A stretch of 46,024 nucleotides of DNA from Asterionella formosa (taxonomy: Eukaryota). Positions 1 to 11,039 of this stretch are shown here, in pieces. Below the pieces are notes generated by a model that ran no database searches, was not told where the DNA came from, and saw only the letters and a list, made by a program, of their open reading frames with translations. The DNA lies in NCBI GenBank assembly GCA_002256025.1, contig NKIB01014216.1, positions 1 to 46,024 of the forward strand, read 5' to 3'. The number at the start of each line of letters is the position of its first letter. Position 1 is the stretch's first letter. A program made the translations under genes and the position numbers.

Positions 1-108
1 AACCAAAAATTACTTAGACACCCACAGTTCTCATCGAAAAGCAAGACGATGGCTAGGGTGGGGATTGCTAGCCAACAGATACAGGAACACAATTCTAATC
101 TTTGAAGC

Positions 109-2889
109 ATGATTGCGTCGTCGGAGAATGAAGAACAGCAACCAGACGACAAAGCAAGTTGTTCTTCAAACAAGCTGCTGTCAAAGTACGAGCGCATCAA
201 ATATCTCCATGTGAACAACAAAGTAGCAGAGCTCAAGCAGACTGCTGCGGAAATGCATTGTATGTGGGCTGAGGAAGTCAAGAAATATGAGCAAATGATT
301 GAGATAAAGTTTAAGGGAAAGCTTGTCCAGGTTCCTCGTCGAAATTATTACAACAAGCGAGGCCAAGTGGACGATCCCACCATGTTTCCGTACCATACTG
401 CTTGCTATCCACTGTTAGACTGTTACGATTGTTTGTACGAGGATAGAGAATTCCAACCGACTTACGAAAAGCATTCGGTCCTCCCGACGAGGGTTCAGGT
501 TCGCAATCGGCGGGACGAACCGGACGAAGACGATGATCCCGAGACCCATGTTCCTGGCCAGCTCCAAACTTCGTGGCAGGCCATTCATACAGCTCTCCTG
601 TACGAGGGAGAAGACTACGATGAAACGGATTTACCCAACAGTGCCATTGGGGCGACAGAAGAACAGGTATACGCCATGTGTAAATATTCAGGCAATGTGC
701 GTTTGGACGTGAATCCAGAGTTGGACGCCCTGGAGCGATCTGCTCGTGCTCAGCAGAGGAAATTTGAATTGCACGGTCCTCATAATTTACCTCAAAGCAA
801 ATCGGAGCGACAGCTAATATTGCTAAAGCTGCTTCGTCACGCAATGTCGGATCTGCAGAAAGATCACCGGTTGGCGTATGCTGTGCTCAGGCGAATGATT
901 GATTGGTGCTATTTTAGCGACGTTGCTTTTTACGCACGCTTCCTCGCTGTTATTATGGTAGAGCCACGAAAGTGCGATGGTGAATGCCATTCGAGGTTCC
1001 TCAATGCTAGTCGCGGAGAAGTAGAAGAACCAGATCACTACTGCTCGGATGTAAGTTCTTATTGTGGGAGTCGGTAACGTTTTTTCGGTCTCTTGTCCTC
1101 GTAAATATTTCCATGTTTTGGTCCTCATGCTTTCAAATTATAGTGGCAGATGTTTGAGATGCTGCTTGCAAAGCTGGTACCGTTAGGAGTAGCACATTTT
1201 ACTGAAGACCACGCCTTATATACTTGCGCAGCTGTGAAGATGGCATTTGACACAGCGAATTCTGGTGCACGTTCCATCGAAGAGAGTTTGATTCGGGGTG
1301 GAAGTAAAGCACAACTTTTTTCTAGGGACCCCAAAAATTGTTTGAAGCAGTCACTATACCTTTGGAAAAATACAGACGAAGATGATGATAGCGAGGATGA
1401 AGATGATGGGATATTCAGGACAGATCCTATGCCTTATACTCTCATGAATGAATTTTTGTTTGGTTTGGGGCGACGAGCTGTACAATCTAGGGATCACATT
1501 TCAACCCTTATCAGCACAATTAACGACAGCACTTCCCAAGCTGTTCAGGGAGAAAACAACAAAGAGACGGTTGCTAGCTTTATTATTGATTCTTTCTTTA
1601 ACTGCTTGAGGACGATTGTATTTTGTGCTGAAATGTCTGTTCGAAGGCTGCCCTCCAATCAGCGTTCAATGGAAATGGGCGGTGTCCTTGTCAGGTGCCT
1701 TGTAGAGGCGTACCTTGAGCCACGAGTTGATGCTTTGGATGATCAAGAAGAGTACATGCCAAGATGGAGGACCGAAGAACTGAAAGGGAAAACACTCATT
1801 GATTTTAGTCGATATAGTGACATTGTCATCAACATAGGGGACTCAAGTCCCGACAACGAGACACCCGTCACAAATATCATGTGCAAGGCCAATAATTTCC
1901 TAAAATCCAAGGTGCCTAACGATATCAGAGATGCAATCCGATCTCTTTTCGCCCGGGACCTTGTTGACATATACACGTCGCTCTGTGGATTTGGAGATGC
2001 AGTTGTATGGCTGCGACTTCCCATTCATCCTTTGGATCCTCTCATTTTTTCCCACCGCCACAACTACGTCTCCAACTATGATGATTCTGAGCCTTATTTA
2101 TTTGACGAGAATTCAAACGAGCTGTGCGCTTCTGAAAACAAGATTGCCGCCCGATACGATTTCACTCTCCTTCTGCTTCAACGATCCTGGAATCAGCATT
2201 GGACACCTGAACGTCACGGCTCCTTCCATAAGTCATATCGAGATGCGGCCAAGAATCTTTTGCTAGCCTCTCACAGAATCGGTATGCCCCTTGAGATTGC
2301 TCGAAATGTCGTTGAATTTTTGCCCAGGTCATGGTGGCCAGATAAAGAAGCAACATGCTGGTGCCAGCAATGCCTGGTAGAGAATAGTATCCAGTTGATG
2401 AGATGGAAGCTTGCTAGTGAGGCAGAAACGAACATTTGGACGTGGAAACAACCTCTGGTAACAATCCAATGTCCTGAGTGCCAAATTTCATCATGGGTCT
2501 CAAGCGAGCACAGGAAAAGGGACTACCGAGCTCACCTTTGTGATTGCGGGAAGCCGCCATTTAAGAAGTTTGATTTCGAAGATGAACTGCTTTGCCGAGA
2601 CGTCAGTCGTGCAACTGGGCGAGAAGATCTGCTCTTATTTACAAGTGAAAAGACATTGCTTGTTGCCCAAGAACCAAACCATTCGAACACATTGGCTAGT
2701 GTCGATGACAACTACCAAGATGAAGACAATGCTGATGGTGGTGCTGATTATGACGACGACGACGGCTCGTGGGAAAGTGTCGAAGAAGGTGATGGAGCAG
2801 TTCTCGACCACGAGAGAAATAGCGCCACTGAAATCATTTTTTCTTATTTCAATGAGCGATTCTACAAACTTCGGTCTAACGCAGATTGA
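109..2889 (+). CDS. Uncharacterised ~895 aa protein, join(109..1050,1144..2889), with a degenerate MYND-type zinc finger and an acidic tail
   Basis: Two long ORFs are joined in frame by a 93 nt intron (GTAAGT at 1051 to TTATAG at 1143, phase 0). The C-terminal CWCQQC...CPECQ..WVSSEH...D...H..C pattern resembles MYND. Confidence 0.75.
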
Positions 2890-2938
2890 GCTTTAAAACT
2901 TGCCTGAGTCACAAATATCTGGAAATACAAAAATATAG

Positions 2939-5156
2939 TTAGCCTAGAAATTTATCCCAGCTTCTGGAGTCGTCGTCTAGTTCAGTACCGAATAGCCCCC
3001 CGACTCGCAAAGCCTTCGGCGGTACACTTGTCGGTTTACCATTCTTCATACCATAAATGCCTTGGTCAGATGGGCTCAGCAGCTCGTCTTGTCGCCTCGT
3101 CGATCCATCGTCAGGGACCTTATCTGCTACCATAAGAGGAGGATCATTGGTGCGTATTTCACCTGAATACTGCTGTTCATTTTGAAGCTCCCATTGACTA
3201 AAAACGTGAGAGAGGAGAACTGCTTTCGCCAACGAGCCCCGACAAAAGAGTCGAATGGATTGCTGTTGTGCCGCATTTGGAATGTGGCCAATAAAATCTC
3301 CTTCGCGCATCTCTCTTGCTTCGGGGAGTTCATCCATGGGGTTACACAAAGCCACCATTTTTGCTTTTGATAGGAAGCGCACCAACTCCATCGGATTTTG
3401 ATGCTTAGCTCCATGGTGCATTTCGCACTTTTCGACAATCACGTCATTCGCACTGAGATTTATCTCGCCATTCTCTTCAAAGTCAATTCCCCTTATGGAA
3501 AGGATCTCATCTCTAATTTCAATTTCATCTTTTTTCCAAATGAGCTGATCAACTTTCTTTGAAAGATTGATTGTACATTTTCCTACACATTTGTAAAAGT
3601 CGTGCCTTCGAAGTCTGTGAATAAGCTGTTGTGCAGGTTCAAGATTTGGGTCTGTTGTGGCCAGTATTCGTTCAAGAACGTTATCTGTAAGTTGCACGTA
3701 TACAGATGGGTCAAGCATGGCCCTACTAGGTGGAAGGCACTCGGGCATATCACTCTTCAATCCGGGTATGCACTCCAACAAGGTTCTGATGCGAAAGAAT
3801 GGGTCAGCAAGCATGAGAATATCTGAGATCATGTATGTGACAGCTTGAGTTTTCTTTGCCTTGTACACATCGTTGTGAAGTGTGAATCGGATCTTAAAGA
3901 ATTGCATGACTTGGTCACCAAGCTTTACTGGAAAACAAATCATCAGGTGCCTTCTCTTCCCCACTTCTGGCTCGGTCCGGCATCGATGGCATTTTTCTGG
4001 TTTTGGACATGGAGACCAACAGACGATTGCTTCTTCAATTACTCGTAACTGAACATCCCCTGAGGTTCCAAGAGCTCGTCGCTGGTCGCGAGCGAAATAG
4101 TCCATTTTGTCGACATCGAGGCCTGACCATCTGTTGGAGACAATATCATACAAAAACTCCTGATGATAGCTTCCTCGTCCAAGAAACCCAGTTTCGCTGT
4201 TTTGGAAAAAATGTGCAGGTGCTTGGATGGGTTTACAATTGATGCACTCTTTTATAAACACAAAGTCACGGGATGTCAGTACTACACTCAAGTCCGGCTC
4301 GCTACCGTCTAGTTCGGCAAGATAGTCAAAAGACTCATGAGGATAATGGCGCATAGATATGGCATCTACTCCGTCTCCAATCTGCTTCAGAGGCTTGTCA
4401 AGATTCTCCATATCAATTGCCAGTCCAAGAAAAGCGAGGGCGGCATCGATCATCATAAATGAGCCGTCTTCGTGCTCCCAGTCATGTGGTACTTCTGGAA
4501 GACCATCATATTTCTTTTTCAAGTCAGGGTTGGCATCTAGATGTCTCTTGAGCTCTAAAGGAAATACTTGATCGTAAATATGACTGAAGGGCCCATGACC
4601 GAGATCATGAAAGAGTCCAGCAAGTTTAATGCATAGAATGTCTTTGCCAGTGATTGGAAGTTGGGGTTGCCTCTCCTTCAACTTTCTAGCCATTAATTCA
4701 GCTAGATGGGCAACTCCCCATGAATGCTCGAATCTCGAATGGTTGCAGTTCATGTAGAGATACTGTGATGTTCCAAGCTGAAGTAGATCTCGCAAGCGCT
4801 GAAATTGCGGCGTGTCGCAAAAGGCTCTGACAACGGGACAAAAGGAGATGGATTTGTGAACCTCGTCATTGATTCGACCGAAACCATGGCAGTCACTATT
4901 AAGTTTCCTAGAAGCGAATATGTGAGAGAGAACAGCATCATGTTTGCTCATGTTGGTGAGTCATAGCAGAATTTGATGATGGAAGCCCATCGTGCAAAAG
5001 CCCTGCATACCTTGTCTTGAACGCAGTTTGCATGGGCTCGGTCTTCGGCTTCTTCCAAACTGGTTCTTCTTCATCTTTCATTTCTTCTTGAGTCAGAATT
5101 TCATCTTCTTGTGTTAGCATGGCCACCACACTGTACTCCCCTTGTTCGTCATACAT
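2939..5156 (-). CDS. SAMHD1: SAMHD1-like HD-domain dNTP triphosphohydrolase without a SAM domain, ~704 aa, complement join(5156..5011,4907..2939)
   Basis: Motifs DTPQFQRLRDLLQLG, HSRFEHSWGV, AGLFHDLGHGPFSH and LDVDKMDYFARD are present. A 103 nt intron at 4908..5010 (GTATGC...CTCAC...TTCTAG) joins the two ORFs in frame. The start at MYDEQ (5156) is inferred. Confidence 0.9.
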
Positions 5157-5363
5157 GTTCGTAGAATAGCTCGCTACTATATCGGTATGAACGAAGCAAA
5201 AAGAGTGAGAACCTTGCACAACGATTCTGAAAGTCGTTGGAGTTCAAAGTCTACTTATGACGGGCTAGCTGTACGATATCATCTAGGACATCGCATGTCG
5301 CACCATGACAATGATACCGGCAGCGATACTGTAGCTACATCAAATATGATCACAGAAACGTAT

Positions 5364-5439
5364 AAGGTCCGGTCAATCAGCAATTTAGCTTAGTTTTCTT
5401 TATAGTTGAAACCGTCATTTACCGGACCTTCTTCTTGGG
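5364..5439. mobile_element. MITE family B copy (~75 bp)
   Basis: Inverted termini AAGGTCCGGT...ACCGGACCTT, with the right end reading TTGGG|TA. The interior resembles the copy at 44162..44238. Confidence 0.6.
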
Positions 5440-5442
5440 TAA

Positions 5443-5757
5443 TACCGGTATCATTACCGGTACACTAGACTACCAGTACCTGGTACCAGGGACAAGCACT
5501 ACTGTACAGTGGGTACCGGTATAATGGCTGTCAGTGCTTGATGACAAACAACGCACCGTGGTCCGTGGTATGAACTCCAACTGGCACGTAAGTAGGGGCC
5601 AGGTACCTGGTACACTGTGTACCACCTAGCAAGTTGCGGTCATTTTGCTTAAATAAACAATTTAATATCGGATAAAGACAGCTAAAGTTTTACTCTCAGC
5701 ACAATTACCGCAACTTGCTCTGGTACCAGGTACCTGGTACCTGGTACCCCTGGTACC
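5443..5757. repeat. Cluster of TACCGGTA and tandem (TACCWGG)n motifs surrounding MITEs
   Basis: TACCGGTA at 5443, 5455 and 5514. TGGTACCAGGTACCTGGTACCTGGTACCCCTGGTACC at 5721-5757. Confidence 0.85.
5622..5723. mobile_element. MITE family A, copy 1 (~100 bp, TA-flanked)
   Basis: TIR AGCAAGTTGCGGT...ACCGCAACTTGCT, bounded by TA|CCA on the left and TGG|TA on the right. Homologous to 5894 and 27442. Confidence 0.75.
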
Positions 5758-5893
5758 TTTTGAAAGCTGTACTGTATGTATGCATCGTTGAAAAAAAGGT
5801 GGCACAGCCATCATGATGACAAGGAGTGGTTTCATCAACAAAATATATTTACAGCCAAGAGAATATACGTCGGTATATGTATTTGACCAGGTA

Positions 5894-5975
5894 CCAGCAA
5901 GTTGCGGTAATTTTGCTGGAACTAAAGATTTAGCTATCTTTATCCAAGATTAAATGTTTATTTAAGCAAAATGGG
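5894..5975. mobile_element. MITE family A, copy 2 (inverted relative to copy 1, right TIR partly deleted)
   Basis: TA|CCAGCAAGTTGCGGTAATTTTGCT...TTTAAGCAAAATG-GG|TA. The interior matches the reverse complement of copy 1. Confidence 0.7.
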
Positions 5976-6212
5976 TACCAGGTAGTACACTTTTCCTTCT
6001 ATGTACATGCGCAATAGGGCACCACATTTGGATCGGGTTACGCTTCCCTGGTATTCATTTTATGTAGACACCGGTAGTCCACCTCCTCCCCAGTTGCTCC
6101 ATGTCAGCACTGCCACACACAAATGATGATGGCCATTGTTGGCCGCATTGATCGGACTAGGATACGACGTGGGGTTGGGGAAATTAAATGCTGGCTGTAT
6201 ACATAGATCTAC

Positions 6213-9176
6213 ATGCAACGCCCCCCGTGCTCGGCTCTCAACAGCACAATATCTGTTGCAGCTGTCAGCATTGACTCCACCATGACGTCCTTTCCTCAAC
6301 CTTTCCCGCTGCATCATTCACAGCAGCAACAGCAGCAGATGCAGCCATTAGTACTACCGGAAGAAAGGAATTGGTCCGACATGACCAGAACGATTGCTCA
6401 CTATCAGCGCCTCGAGCAAATCGGCGAAGGAACCTACGGCCAGGTTTATCGAGCCAGGTGCCTGCAAACGGATAGACAAGTAGCTCTCAAAAAGATTCGT
6501 GTGCACCATGGGGGCTACTGGGGCATGCCGCCAACAGTCATTCGAGAAATCAAGATTCTGAAGAGACTAAAACACCCAAACCTCGTTACAATGATCGAGG
6601 TGGTAAGTTCAAAAGGGGTCGAATGGTTGGACACACACGACGAACACCGGGAGGACAAAAAGTTAAAAAATAGCGTCGAGAAGACTGACAAAATCAGCGA
6701 TGCAAGGGAGGCATACAAGGGAAATCTATTTCTCGTGCTGGAGTATGTTAATCATGACTTAACAGGACTAATGGACGTTGCTTATCAGTTTACACCCATT
6801 CAGATTAAATCAATTCTTAAGCAGTTAATCGAAGGCTTGGCCTATATGCACCAAGAAAAGTATGTACATCGTGATATTAAGTCATCCAACATACTCATTG
6901 ATTCAAGATTTAGAGTCAAATTGGCTGACTTTGGACTAGCACGGTGTATTGAACCGCCCATTTTGGACAAGTTGCATGAGTAAGAATACCACAGTCCCTC
7001 GTTCGTTTTCGTCTCTTGCTTATTCCTCTCACACACGCGCATCACCTTTGTCCACAGTCGCGGATCTTCTCAGGAATTTACAAACAAGGTCATTACCTTG
7101 TGGTACCGGCCTCCAGAGATTCTCTTGGGGGCCACCCGCTACGGATGTGCTGTGGATGTTTGGTCGTGCGGGTGCATCTTTGCGGAACTACTCTTGGGCA
7201 AGCCTCTCTTTTCAGCCGACACTGAACTCAGTGTCTTGCAAAAGATTTTTGATTTGTTAGGGACGCCAACGTCAGAAGATACTGGCTTGCAAGATTTGCT
7301 CAAATTGCGCACTGGGGAAGTCAAGATTGACACGCTAAAAAAAAGCCGTATCCGAGAAAAGTACGGACAAAAAATACCTGGACCAGCTTTGAATCTATTG
7401 GAAAAAATGTTGGAATTAGATCCAAACAAGCGAGTGACAGCGAATCGAGCCTTGCAATCCAGGTACTTTTTGTCGGAACCAAGAGCCCCAGACAATCCAG
7501 CCGACCTGGGAATTTTACAACTGGGAGAAGGTCAAGGCGAGTTTCATGAGTTCCAAACAAAGAGAAAGAGAAAGGAAGCGAAGAAAATTGCAGACAAAGC
7601 CAGGGAAGAGGCGAAAGGAAGAGGAGCGTCAGAAATAGAAGCTGAGACGGTTGCAGACGACGTGTATCGGGAACAAATGGATCGAGTTGCCAAGGAAGGC
7701 AATGCAGGTCTCGTGACGCAGGAAGAAATGGCAAAAGAATTGGAAAAGAAGCGACGAGACGAAGACAAGCGGCGGAAAGAAGAGAAGAAGCAACGAATTG
7801 AAGAAAAGAAGCGATTGGACGAGAAACGGAAAGCGGACCGTGAAGAACGAATAGGAAAGGGTGACCGAAGGCGATCTCATCGCGATGTTGATGATGACAA
7901 TCGCCGTCGGACGCCAGAGGAAGATGAACGGAGACGGAAGCGAGATGACGACGAACGCAAGAGGAAGCGAGCTCACCGTGATGAGGACGATCGAAGCCGA
8001 AGGAGCGAAAAAAGCAAAAAGGATGATCGACGCGACGAAAAACGAGGTCGGCGTGACGATCGAAAGAAATTGGACGAAGGGAATATTTTCCGAGAAAAGA
8101 AAAGCTCTTTGGGAGAGATTGCGCATCAACATGAGGAGCACAATGGTGCGACAGATAAGCTGCAAGAATCGGGGTACACTGGTCAGGTACAAGACGCGGA
8201 ACTGAATGGACTGGCCCAAGACCGCAGATCACGCGATAAAGAGCATCGATCAAGCAGGTCTTTTCGCCGAGATCGTGATCGTGACCGTGACGATCTTCGA
8301 GAGAGAAAACGATCCATTGACGAAAATGAGGAAGATTGTCGCTATGAGGACGGGGACAGAGAACGTCGTCGCGAAAAGGACCGTGACCGCTCGAGAGAAC
8401 ATGGACGGGACAGAGATCACAATGCTAACCAGGACGGACTAGATCGAAGGCGTCGCGACGATGACTCGAATCGACGTGAAGGAGGAAGACGTCGAGATTT
8501 TCTCGGGTCCAGTCCACCTCGTGGACCTTCAGGATCCAACATGTATCATGATGGCCCTGGGGACTTTGGTCACTATGGGCGACCCCGTCAAGATCGCGGT
8601 CCTCCACCAGAAGTCTTTGCTCGAGGCCCTCCTGGTGGACCGGGTCCCATGAGTCACTATGGACCGGCGATTGTTAGGGGAGCTCCTGGTCCTCGTGACG
8701 ACCGAGGTCCCCCGCTGTTGAGTTTTCGAGACGACCGAGGACCGCCACCAGGAATTCGAGATGGCCCTAGAGATGACCGTCGACGTCACGACCGCGGGCC
8801 ACCTCGCGATGACTGGTTAGCTCGAGAGGATTGGGGCCCATCTCGAGACGATCGGGGCCTACCGCGAGGTGATCGGGGCCCTCCTCGTGACGATCGAGGT
8901 CCTAGAGATGACCGTCGCCGTCCGCGAGATGATCATATACCCCCTCGAGATGACAGGGGTCCACGAGACGATCGAGGGCCTCGAGATAACAGAGTTCCAA
9001 GGGACGATCGAGGCGCACCTCGCGACGACCGTGGACCAAAGGATGATAGGGTCTCACCAACACGAGACGAATGGCGCAGAGATGATCGAGGTCCACCGCG
9101 AGATGATCGAGGACACAGGGACGACCGTCGCCGTGATCGAGGCCCGAGAGATGACGACAACGATCGCAAAAAGTAA
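6213..9176 (+). CDS. Cyclin-dependent kinase, CDKC/CDK12-13/CDK9-type Pol II CTD kinase, join(6213..6979,7058..9176); true start may be 6282
   Basis: Kinase motifs GEGTYGQV, VALKK, PPTVIRE (PITAIRE-like), HRDIKSSN, DFGLAR and FTNKVITLWYRPPE, the last restored by a 78 nt intron at 6980..7057 (GTAAGA...CACAG). Confidence 0.93.
8690..9165 (+). repeat. Coding low-complexity repeat (P)RDDRG(P) in the CDK C-terminal tail
   Basis: The translation shows many degenerate RDDRGP units. Confidence 0.9.
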
Positions 9177-9234
9177 AGCTGATTGGCAATAATATAGTCT
9201 AGAATCAAGCTTGTTGGAGCTAATAGTTCCATTC

Positions 9235-10242
9235 TTATTTCGTCAATGTTGTTGAAACCCCATCTGGTTCAATGCCACCGCTTGAAAATGCCACTAAGGA
9301 AGCGAGTAAAGCAGAAAGGAGCACGACGATACCGCCGATAATTTTCAATCCCTTCACGAAGGTCCCAACGACCCCGAGTGTTCCCGTTGCTGCGGCTGTC
9401 GACAAGGCTTTGAGTTTTGTCAAGGGCTTTTTTGACAAAATCGCACGAAATTCGTTGGCTTCTTCGTCGCCCTCCTCGCACCGTTTGAATACAAAGCGAG
9501 TCCCTGACATACCACCCACTCCAATCCTTAATTTTTCGTCCACATAACTTGCATCTAAGAGGACACTACTTCTAGGGCCAACGTTGATATTGAGCCATCC
9601 ACCTGTCTTACCTAATGCTATGCGAGGCGCATCGAATAGGGCCTTAACAGCAACATTCGACAAAGGCTTGTCTAGATTGGTCAATCTTTCAGTGTCATTC
9701 AAAGCAATCGCATCTCCTCGCAAAATGACAAAACACCTACAGAGTCCCCACAAGGCATCAAAGGAAAGCACATTGATTGCTTCGCCCACCACCTTGCGCC
9801 CGTTAATCGACATGGTTCCGCAGCCAGTCGAGTTGGCTGCTGTTATGTGTTGGAATGTCCTTCTATTCTTAAGAATCTTTTGAGCAAGACCGCCCGGGCG
9901 AGTCCACTTCCCTCCGACGGGATTGTCACCCATTTTAGTCGTTTTGATGTATGCGACTTCATACAAACCCACCAGTGGCTTGAATCGAGCTTCTTCGTCT
10001 GATCCCTTTGGCGGGTTAAATTTATCTTCGAGATCACTGATATATATCGAAATCTCGCGTTCATCGCGCTCATCAGAATCAAGGTCAGCCAGCAAGGCGT
10101 CAACAGTAACCTTTGTGTCGCCTGATGATGGATGCAGCGACAAAAGCGAGCTTTGCCTTCCTGTCGACGACTGCCTACTTGAAAAGGCCTCACTAATAGA
10201 CTTTGGAGAAAATAGAACGAGGCACAATATAAGGAGAAGCAT
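9235..10242 (-). CDS. Plastid-targeted PAP/fibrillin-like protein with C-terminal hydrophobic segments
   Basis: A hydrophobic signal peptide is followed by SEA|F and a Ser-rich transit peptide. The motif LDASYVDEKLRIGVG...FVFKR resembles the fibrillin C-terminus. Confidence 0.7.
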   Translation of the reverse strand: MLLLILCLVLFSPKSISEAFSSRQSSTGRQSSLLSLHPSSGDTKVTVDALLADLDSDERDEREISIYISDLEDKFNPPKGSDEEARFKPLVGLYEVAYIKTTKMGDNPVGGKWTRPGGLAQKILKNRRTFQHITAANSTGCGTMSINGRKVVGEAINVLSFDALWGLCRCFVILRGDAIALNDTERLTNLDKPLSNVAVKALFDAPRIALGKTGGWLNINVGPRSSVLLDASYVDEKLRIGVGGMSGTRFVFKRCEEGDEEANEFRAILSKKPLTKLKALSTAAATGTLGVVGTFVKGLKIIGGIVVLLSALLASLVAFSSGGIEPDGVSTTLTK

Positions 10243-11039
10243 TGCGAGCTAACCCAACATTAGGTTGCAAGGACTGGTACCTGGTACGGATACCTCGTAG
10301 TAGTCTAGTCGAGTACGCTCTAGTTTCTAACCATGTACTTGACCTTTTTTATGTATCGGAGTACAAAAAATAAAGGTTCAAGGCTATGACGGCATCTGTT
10401 TTGGTACCATGGTAACAGGTACCAGCACCAGGTTTACTTCACTGTACTACAGCATAGCTAGCTACCGGAATAGATGCCGGTAGTTTACATCTCACATTCT
10501 TGCCAATGACAAGACTTTCTAATTCATCTTAACTATCTTCATCCAATTTGACGTTTTTTACTTTTGACAAGACAATTAGAACGAACACATTGTACCTTAT
10601 TCACCTGCAACTTGATAGCCTGATAGGTGAAATTTTTGTAAGAAATGATACAGTGATGCAATTGAATGGTGGCTGTCACCACCAACAGAACACATACAGG
10701 CCATTTGTCATCAATGTAGAATTGTATACATCATCAGCTTTGGCAACTTCAAGTGCTTCAGTAATGGTTCCAATTGTAGTTTGTGGAATATGATCATTGT
10801 CTGCAGGTTTTAGCTGTCAATTTCAATTCAACTATATTGTTCCTGGCCTTGAGGCCCAAGACTTGCCCATTGATTTATATTTTCGCGGTGCCAAATTTTC
10901 ATTTGCTTAGCAAGGCATTTTGACTCTTGGTTGTTGCATTTGTAGCCAGCCGATCTTGAATATACTCACATACCTGTACAGATCGAGGTAAGCCGAAAGT
11001 AAAAGCGAGTTCAAGTAAATTCAATGGCCCTAATCACAT

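Noticed and set aside
4938..5010. Programmed frameshift or GAG-acceptor intron linking the two SAMHD1 ORFs
   Set aside because: A conventional intron at 4908..5010 with a pyrimidine tract, CTCAC branch site and TAG acceptor joins them in frame.
5721..5757. (GGTACCW)n as interstitial telomere repeats or bacterial Dcm/KpnI site arrays
   Set aside because: Units alternate between both orientations within one tract, unlike telomerase products. The surrounding DNA is eukaryotic with introns, so Dcm or cloning-linker explanations have no support.
7321..9232. Long antisense and alternative-frame ORFs over the CDK tail (e.g. 7321..8253)
   Set aside because: These are shadows of a low-complexity coding sequence and have no recognisable motifs.
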